NCBI GenBank assembly: GCA_965662845.1
Contig: CBFIJD010000009.1
Location: 20,564 to 84,563, forward strand
Origin: an uncultured bacterium
GTDB lineage: Bacteria > SAR324 > NAC60-12
Length of the DNA stretch: 64,000 bases
Direction: 5' to 3'
A program made the translations under genes and the position numbers. The notes under the pieces were generated by a model that searched no databases, was not told the origin of the DNA, and worked only from the letters and a program-made list of their open reading frames with translations. Of this stretch, positions 58,106 to 64,000 are shown piece after piece. Numbering within the stretch: position 1 is the first letter of the stretch; every line of letters begins with the position of its first letter.

Positions 58106-58157
58106 ATCTTTTTATTCTGACACGCCTGTAACGGGATGCAAAGTTTCAGGAAGCGAC

Positions 58158-59507
58158 TCACAGGATGTAGCGGCTAAGATCCTGATTTTTGAGCAGACTG
58201 GTGACGCGACTCTTGATGTAGTCTGGAGTCACCGTAATCGTCTGGCCTTCTAGCTGCGGCGCCTCAAAGCTGACCTCTTCCAGCAGCTGCTCCATGATGG
58301 TGTGCAGCCGGCGCGCGCCAATATTTTCAGAGTCTTCGTTGATCACACAGGCGATGCGAGCAATCTCGCGGATCGCTTCGGTGGTGAATTCAAGCGTCAC
58401 TTGCTCGGTTTTCAGCAGTTCCGTGTATTGTGTGATCAATGCGTTGCGTGGTTCTGTGAGAATCCGCACGAAGTCGTCTTCGTTGAGGGATTTGAGCTCA
58501 ACACGAATCGGGAAACGGCCTTGTAGCTCTGGAATCAGATCGGAGGGCTTGGCTAGGTGAAAAGCGCCGGCAGCAATGAACAAGATGTGTTCGGTGCGGA
58601 CAGGGCCGTATTTCGTGTTGATTGTTGAACCTTCGACGATGGGGAGCAGATCGCGTTGTACACCCTCGCGAGAGACATCCGGCCCTTGCATCGCTCCTCG
58701 TCGAGAAGCCACCTTGTCAATCTCATCCAAAAAGACAATCCCAGTCTGCTCTACGCGAACGACGGCTTCTCGCGCAACCTCATCCATATCAATCAATTTG
58801 CCCACTTCTTCTTGCTGCAAAATCGTGCGGGCATCCGCGATTTTCATTTTGCGGCGCTTGGTTCGCTTCGGCATCAAGTTTGACAACATGTCGCGGATGT
58901 TCATGTCCATGTTGTCATTCATCGAGACAGGCATGAACTCCATCATGGGGCCAGAGCTGCGTTCGGCCACATCGAGTTCGATGGCTTTGTCATCTAGCAG
59001 TCCATCGCGGAGTTTTTGACGAAATTTTTCACGAGTAGCGTGGTTGGTGGGGAGGCCCTGCTCGTCTTTCCCTGCGGCTGGCAGCAACAGATCTAGGATG
59101 CGTTCTTCTGTCATTTGGGCGGCTTCTTCGGTTTTGCGCCGCATGTGTTCTTGTTTGACCATCCCAATGGCTGACTCTGTTAAATCTCGAATCATGGACT
59201 CCACATCGCGCCCCACGTAGCCGACTTCCGTAAATTTAGAGGCTTCGACTTTGAGGAAGGGGGCGCTCACAAGGCGTGCGATTCGGCGGGCTATCTCGGT
59301 TTTTCCGACCCCAGTGGGCCCCATCATGATGATGTTTTTGGGCAGGATCTCGTCTTTGATGTCTTCAGGAAGCTGCATGCGCCGCCAGCGGTTGCGGAGC
59401 GCCACGGCCATGGCTTTCTTCGCGTCCGCTTGCCCAATGATGTATTTGTCGAGAGCGCTGACGATCTCGTGAGGAGTCTGGTTGTGTTCTGGCAGTTGAA
59501 TTTCCAT
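58158..59507 (-). CDS. hslU: ATP-dependent protease ATPase subunit HslU
   Basis: 449 aa; [24 protein letters not shown] Walker A, I-domain insertion. Confidence 0.95.
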   Translation of the reverse strand: MEIQLPEHNQTPHEIVSALDKYIIGQADAKKAMAVALRNRWRRMQLPEDIKDEILPKNIIMMGPTGVGKTEIARRIARLVSAPFLKVEASKFTEVGYVGRDVESMIRDLTESAIGMVKQEHMRRKTEEAAQMTEERILDLLLPAAGKDEQGLPTNHATREKFRQKLRDGLLDDKAIELDVAERSSGPMMEFMPVSMNDNMDMNIRDMLSNLMPKRTKRRKMKIADARTILQQEEVGKLIDMDEVAREAVVRVEQTGIVFLDEIDKVASRRGAMQGPDVSREGVQRDLLPIVEGSTINTKYGPVRTEHILFIAAGAFHLAKPSDLIPELQGRFPIRVELKSLNEDDFVRILTEPRNALITQYTELLKTEQVTLEFTTEAIREIARIACVINEDSENIGARRLHTIMEQLLEEVSFEAPQLEGQTITVTPDYIKSRVTSLLKNQDLSRYIL

Positions 59508-59530
59508 AAAACGTGGGCTTGTGCGGGAGG

Positions 59531-60058
59531 TTAAGCAGCTGTGTCAATCTCTTCGTAGTGTATTTGGTCATTCGTATAGATGCAAATCTCTGCCGCAATC
59601 CGCATAGATTTTTCGGCAATTTGTAGCGCGCTGAGATCCGTGTCAGCTAGCGCTCGTGCCGCAGACAACGCATACATTCCCCCTGAACCAATACCAATCA
59701 ATCCGTCGTCGGGTTCAATCACATCACCGTTCCCTGAGATGATGAGGGAGGCTTCGGCGCTGCAAACGGCCAGCAAGGCCTCTAGGTTGCGCAGCATCTT
59801 GTTCGTGCGCCATTCTTTGGCCAGTTCCACGGCAGAGCGGACCAGCTTCCCGTTGTACTGCTCTAATTTTTCATCAAATTTTTCAAAGAGTGTGAACGCG
59901 TCGGCTGTCGAGCCGGCAAATCCAGCGATGACCTTGTCATCATAAGTGCGACGGATTTTGCGAGCAGAGGCTTTGGTGACCGTGTTGCCCATCGAGACCT
60001 GCCCATCGCCGGCCATTACAACTCGATCGTTTTTGCGAACGCAGAGGATGGTTGTCAT
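59531..60058 (-). CDS. hslV: ATP-dependent protease subunit HslV
   Basis: MTTILCVRK with Thr2 nucleophile, GSGG motif; 175 aa. Confidence 0.95.
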   Translation of the reverse strand: MTTILCVRKNDRVVMAGDGQVSMGNTVTKASARKIRRTYDDKVIAGFAGSTADAFTLFEKFDEKLEQYNGKLVRSAVELAKEWRTNKMLRNLEALLAVCSAEASLIISGNGDVIEPDDGLIGIGSGGMYALSAARALADTDLSALQIAEKSMRIAAEICIYTNDQIHYEEIDTAA

Positions 60059-60080
60059 GAAAACTCGCGTTTAATGATTT

Positions 60081-60665
60081 CTAAGAAGATTGAGCGGCAG
60101 AGGCAGCATAGAAGTCGCGAAAATAACCCCAACCTGTCCACACGGTGACACCTGTGGCGAACCATAATAAAAGGGTGCCGATCTCATGGCAGGGGAGCCA
60201 GAGGGTGGGGAAATGAATCATCAGGAAGCCAATCGCAAACATCTGGGAGAACGTTTTCAGCTTGCCCCCAGAGTTGGCGGCGATTACGGTGCCTTCCGCC
60301 GCTGCGATGGATCGCAGCCCGGTCACGGCCAATTCACGCATCAAAATCAAGGCGACAAGCATCCCCTCGGCGCGACCAATTTCGACCAAAACAACCAGCA
60401 GCGCCGCCACTAGCATCTTGTCTGCGAGCGGATCTAAGAGCTTTCCTAATTTGCTGGTGGACTTCTGATGACGCGCGAGGACGCCGTCCCAGTAATCGGT
60501 CAGACAGGAGAAGACAAAGAGAACCCACGCAAACAATAGAGTGGCATGACTTTCGCGACCAAACCAAACCAGCGCAAACAAAACAGGTATCGAGAAAATA
60601 CGCAGCAGTGTGAGTTGGTTGGGAGTGATGAAGCGGGAAAAAAACTGCAGTAGGGGGGTGGACAT
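60081..60665 (-). CDS. pgsA: CDP-diacylglycerol--glycerol-3-phosphate 3-phosphatidyltransferase
   Basis: CDP-alcohol phosphatidyltransferase motif DYWDGVLAR...GKLLDPLADK; 194 aa. Confidence 0.8.
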   Translation of the reverse strand: MSTPLLQFFSRFITPNQLTLLRIFSIPVLFALVWFGRESHATLLFAWVLFVFSCLTDYWDGVLARHQKSTSKLGKLLDPLADKMLVAALLVVLVEIGRAEGMLVALILMRELAVTGLRSIAAAEGTVIAANSGGKLKTFSQMFAIGFLMIHFPTLWLPCHEIGTLLLWFATGVTVWTGWGYFRDFYAASAAQSS

Positions 60666-60751
60666 CCTGCTTGTAATCCAAACGAATATTGTTATATTGC
60701 GCTGCGCAAAAGAGGAAAAATCTAATTCATTTTCAATAGCATGTCCACAGC

Positions 60752-60766
60752 GTTTTCACTGAAAAC
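60752..60766. promoter_or_regulatory. Perfect palindrome GTTTTCA-C-TGAAAAC ~25 nt upstream of hemA start
   Basis: Read directly; second perfect palindrome TTGCGC-T-GCGCAA at 60697..60709 in same pgsA/hemA divergent region. Confidence 0.4.
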
Positions 60767-60790
60767 ATCTTTGGGACAGTAGGAGGATCT

Positions 60791-62113
60791 GTGAAATTAG
60801 GCGTTCTTGGATGGAGTTATCGACAGACTCCCATCGAACTCAGAGATCGGATTGCGCTCTCAACCGTACAACAACAAGAGGTCGCTGAAAAATTGCGACA
60901 GCTCCTGCCGCTGCAAGAGCTAACGATCCTCTCTACCTGCAATCGCACCGAATTCTACTTCTCCGCGCCCAACTGCGAAGAGGTCACCAAGCACCTCAAA
61001 GAAATCTTAATCCAACGCTGGAATGTAGAAGAACTCCACACCCAAGCCTACGAGTACTTCCACCTGGACGCAGCGCGCCACCTGTTTCGCGTCGCTTCGA
61101 GCTTAGACTCGATGATTTTGGGAGAGCCCCAAATCCTTGGTCAACTAAAAGACTCCTACCAGCGCTTTGAAGAGTGGAAGTGGGTGGGTAGCCAGTTTCA
61201 TTCCCTGTTTCCCCGTGCGTTTCACGCCGCCAAACGCATCCGCACAGAGACGAGCATCTCCAATTTTGCGGTCTCGATTAGCTACGCTGCGGTCGAACTC
61301 GCCAAACGCATCTTTAGTGACCTGCGCCAACAGTCCGTTCTCATCATCGGGGCCGGAGAGATGGCAGAGTTGGCTCTGCAACATCTGCGTCGTCAAGGCT
61401 TTGACCAACTGTATGTCATCAACCGCACATACCCGAACGCCGTGCAGCTGGCCGAAAAATTTGGAGGACATGCCCTGCGCTTTGAACAGCTCGAAGAGAA
61501 CCTTTGCCGCGCCGACATTATCATCAGCTCAACCGGCGCAAGTCACTTCATCTTGACGCAGTCCATGGTGAGGAAGTGTCTCAAAAATCGCCGTGGTCGC
61601 TCCATGTTCTTGATTGACATCGCGGTCCCACGCGACATTGAGCCGGAAATCAATGAACTCCCCGGAGCCTACTGCTACGACATTGACGATTTGCAAAACG
61701 TGGTTCAGCGGAACCAGCAAGAACGAGAGCGCCAAGCAGAGCAGGCAGGAGAGATCCTGGAGCAAGAGATTGAGAAAGTGCACGATTGGTTCCGCGCGCG
61801 CTCGGCTGTTCCAACCATCAAGAAGCTGCGTGAAAGCTACCACACGATCGGCCAAGCTGAATTGGAGAAAGCGCTTCGACGTCTGCAAGATCTCTCTCCA
61901 GAGCAGCAACAAATCGTGGAGCGTATGGTCTACAATCTCGTCAACAAACTGCTGCATCCACCAACCAAAAATCTGCGTGAACTTGGACGCCGTGAGGAAG
62001 CGCACCTCTACCTGAACGCGCTTCAAGAGCTATTCGCCTTAGAAGAAGACACCAAGCCCGACTCTCTCTCCGAAAAGCGCCACCTCAAGCTCGTCCATGG
62101 AGCGCAGCAATGA
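60791..62113 (+). CDS. hemA: Glutamyl-tRNA reductase
   Basis: GTG start after AGGAGG; LSTCNRTEFY active-site Cys motif, NADPH-binding GAGEMAE; 440 aa. Confidence 0.9.
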   Translation: MKLGVLGWSYRQTPIELRDRIALSTVQQQEVAEKLRQLLPLQELTILSTCNRTEFYFSAPNCEEVTKHLKEILIQRWNVEELHTQAYEYFHLDAARHLFRVASSLDSMILGEPQILGQLKDSYQRFEEWKWVGSQFHSLFPRAFHAAKRIRTETSISNFAVSISYAAVELAKRIFSDLRQQSVLIIGAGEMAELALQHLRRQGFDQLYVINRTYPNAVQLAEKFGGHALRFEQLEENLCRADIIISSTGASHFILTQSMVRKCLKNRRGRSMFLIDIAVPRDIEPEINELPGAYCYDIDDLQNVVQRNQQERERQAEQAGEILEQEIEKVHDWFRARSAVPTIKKLRESYHTIGQAELEKALRRLQDLSPEQQQIVERMVYNLVNKLLHPPTKNLRELGRREEAHLYLNALQELFALEEDTKPDSLSEKRHLKLVHGAQQ

Positions 62114-63036
62114 AGCCGCTGCGCATCGCAACACGCAAAAGCCGGTTGGCGCTCTGGCAAGCCACCTGGGTGCGCGATCAAATCGTCAAGCAATTCCCCG
62201 AACAGCCAGTTGAACTCGTGCCGATGTCTACGCAAGGAGATCGCATCTTGGATCGGTCTCTGTCCGAGATTGGCGGCAAAGGCTTGTTCATCAAAGAATT
62301 GGAACAGGCGATGTTAGCTGGCTCCGCCGATCTGGCCGTTCACAGCATGAAAGACATGACCGCGCATGTGCCCACAGGGCTGACAATCTCAGTGATTACA
62401 GAGCGAGAAGATCCGGGAGATGCCTTCGTCTCGAACAACTATGCCTCGCTGGAGGAACTCCCCCAGGGCGCGGTTGTAGGAACTAGCTCGCTGCGTCGGA
62501 TGTGCCAAGTGCGCCATCACCGCCCAGATCTGAACGTGCGCTCTTTGCGGGGCAATGTGGAGACACGCCTGCGCAAACTGGATGAAGGGGAGTACGACGC
62601 GATTATTCTCGCCGTGGCCGGGCTCAAGCGCCTTGAACTCGATCAACGCATCGCTCAGATCTTGCCGCAAGAGCAAATGCTGCCCGCGATTGCTCAAGGC
62701 GTCATTGGCATCGAGACCCGCGCGGAGGATCACGAGACGCTGCGCTGGTTATCGCATTTGCAGCACACAGACACCCTGTCGTGCCTCACGGCAGAGCGCA
62801 AAGTCATGGCGATGCTAGAAGGCAATTGCCACGTTCCTCTCGCCGGATATTGCACGCTCCATGGAGAGGAGCTGCACCTCCGCGCTCGCATCGGTTCTCC
62901 AGACGGAGCAACGCTCCTGCACGCAGAAAGTCGCGCCCATCGTGACCAAGCCTTAGCGCTAGGGGAACAGGTCGCGCAGGAGCTGCTCGCTCAAGGGGGA
63001 CAGCACATCTTGGATGAATTCCGCCCCGCGCCGTGA
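62110..63036 (+). CDS. hemC: Hydroxymethylbilane synthase (porphobilinogen deaminase)
   Basis: LRIATRKSRLALWQA, FIKELE motifs; 4-nt overlap with hemA. Confidence 0.9.
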   Translation: MKPLRIATRKSRLALWQATWVRDQIVKQFPEQPVELVPMSTQGDRILDRSLSEIGGKGLFIKELEQAMLAGSADLAVHSMKDMTAHVPTGLTISVITEREDPGDAFVSNNYASLEELPQGAVVGTSSLRRMCQVRHHRPDLNVRSLRGNVETRLRKLDEGEYDAIILAVAGLKRLELDQRIAQILPQEQMLPAIAQGVIGIETRAEDHETLRWLSHLQHTDTLSCLTAERKVMAMLEGNCHVPLAGYCTLHGEELHLRARIGSPDGATLLHAESRAHRDQALALGEQVAQELLAQGGQHILDEFRPAP

Positions 63037-64000
63037 ATCCTCTCCCTGCCACGCTGGATGAGCTGCGAGAGCGCTGCCTCGTGGACTTCTCGTCTCAGGT
63101 CGCCCTCCAGACCAACCCAACCGCTCTGACCTTCGCTGAGTTTTGGCGCGCCGTAGACGAACAGCAACGGCAGCTGCCGGCTCTCTCCCCGCGCTCGCCT
63201 GTAGGCGTAATCTCTCCCAACTCCCCCGACTTGGTTTTGCATCTTTTTGCGCTCTGGCAAGCGGGCGTCGTCGCCGCTCCATTGAACCCAGCATTTCCTG
63301 AAAAATTGCGGACGTCGCTTTTACAAGAGATTGGAGCCACTGCGGTGTGGGAGCACACCGGCGAGGGGATCAGCCGTTGGTCTCTCCTCGCTGGACGCTC
63401 TGAAGTTCCGGCGCCGATTGATGTGTTGATTTGCACATCGGGCAGCACAGGGCCTCCCAAGGCGGTGGGACTTTCCATGGCGAATTTTTTGTGGAACGCA
63501 GCCGGCTCGGCGCAGAACATCGAGGTCACTCCGCAGGATCGGTGGTTGCTCTCGTTGCCGTTATTTCATGTGGGGGGATTGTCTATTCTGTTTCGCACGC
63601 TGTTGGCTGGAGCGGCGAGCGTGATGAGCCTTGAGAAAATTTCTTGGGAACTCATCAACGAGGAGCAGATTACGCATCTGTCTTTGGTCCCGACCCAGCT
63701 GCAAAAACTACTGGCCTCGCGACCACGGGTGTGTCCCCCGTTGAAGGCGGTTCTCCTCGGAGGAGCGGCCATTCCAGCGAGTCTGCTGACGGAGGCTGTA
63801 GCGACGGGATTGCCCATCCACACTTCTTACGGCTGCACAGAGATGGCCTCACAAGTCGCGACAACGCCCCGACTTCAAGCACCCGCGTTCCGTCGTTCTG
63901 CGCCCGTATTGCCCTTTCGAGAAGCGCAAATTGCAGAAGATGGACGCATTCAACTGCGAGGAAAAACGAGGTTTCATGGCTACTGGCGCGACGGCGCGCT
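63033..64000 (+). CDS. AMP-dependent synthetase/ligase (MenE-like acyl-CoA ligase), C-terminus beyond window
   Basis: GTG start overlapping hemC stop; ICTSGSTGPPKAV AMP-binding motif, YGCTE motif. Confidence 0.65.
   Translation, partial: MNPLPATLDELRERCLVDFSSQVALQTNPTALTFAEFWRAVDEQQRQLPALSPRSPVGVISPNSPDLVLHLFALWQAGVVAAPLNPAFPEKLRTSLLQEIGATAVWEHTGEGISRWSLLAGRSEVPAPIDVLICTSGSTGPPKAVGLSMANFLWNAAGSAQNIEVTPQDRWLLSLPLFHVGGLSILFRTLLAGAASVMSLEKISWELINEEQITHLSLVPTQLQKLLASRPRVCPPLKAVLLGGAAIPASLLTEAVATGLPIHTSYGCTEMASQVATTPRLQAPAFRRSAPVLPFREAQIAEDGRIQLRGKTRFHGYWRDGA

Noticed and set aside
1-64000. CRISPR arrays, IS elements, integrases, prophage or toxin-antitoxin pairs
   Set aside because: No direct-repeat arrays, no transposase/integrase/recombinase-like ORFs, and the tRNA pair is not flanked by mobile-element genes. 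PhoH2 (PIN-PhoH) is a single fused protein without a partner antitoxin-like ORF.

Overview
This 64 kb window reads as a high-GC (visually ~55-60%) Gram-negative, Proteobacteria-like chromosomal segment. It is densely packed with housekeeping genes and signalling genes. I saw no CRISPR array, transposase, integrase or prophage signature. Recognisable blocks are listed here. (1) aroE(partial)-ptsH-metK. (2) A large HEAT/TPR/zinc-ribbon hypothetical divergent from hemW. (3) GNAT-tmk-REC/histidine-kinase. (4) An APC permease. (5) The conserved stress/sporulation-like triad yeaH(DUF444)-spoVR-prkA, in an unusual order. (6) An XRE-like regulator divergent from a nitronate monooxygenase-like gene. 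(7) PhoH2 (PIN+PhoH), plsC, TerB-like, AI-2E transporter, MocA oxidoreductase, LptF/G-like permease and lolA. (8) An 879-aa protein made of PAS domains only. (9) An acetate-to-PHB cluster acs-phaA-phaB-phaC, then a secreted TPR-like protein and lhgO. (10) A gltB-gltD operon that continues by translational coupling into a tandem-duplicated-domain membrane protein, a lipoprotein and an unlisted 53-aa DUF1289 gene. (11) ccoI-ccoS-usp. (12) The most interesting module: a cytoplasmic [NiFe] hydrogenase small/large subunit pair without a Tat signal. It sits between a PAS-PAS hybrid histidine kinase, a HoxJ/HupT-like PAS kinase and a REC-kinase; the last three genes overlap by ATGA. No DNA-binding output and no hyp maturation genes lie nearby, so this looks like an H2-sensing phosphorelay. 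(13) A stand-alone rpoA immediately downstream of tRNA-Val/tRNA-Asp, then lspA, hisS, a family-4 UDG with a long N-terminal extension, hslUV, pgsA, hemA, hemC and a partial AMP-dependent ligase. All calls rest on motif and homology recognition by eye; no database search was possible.
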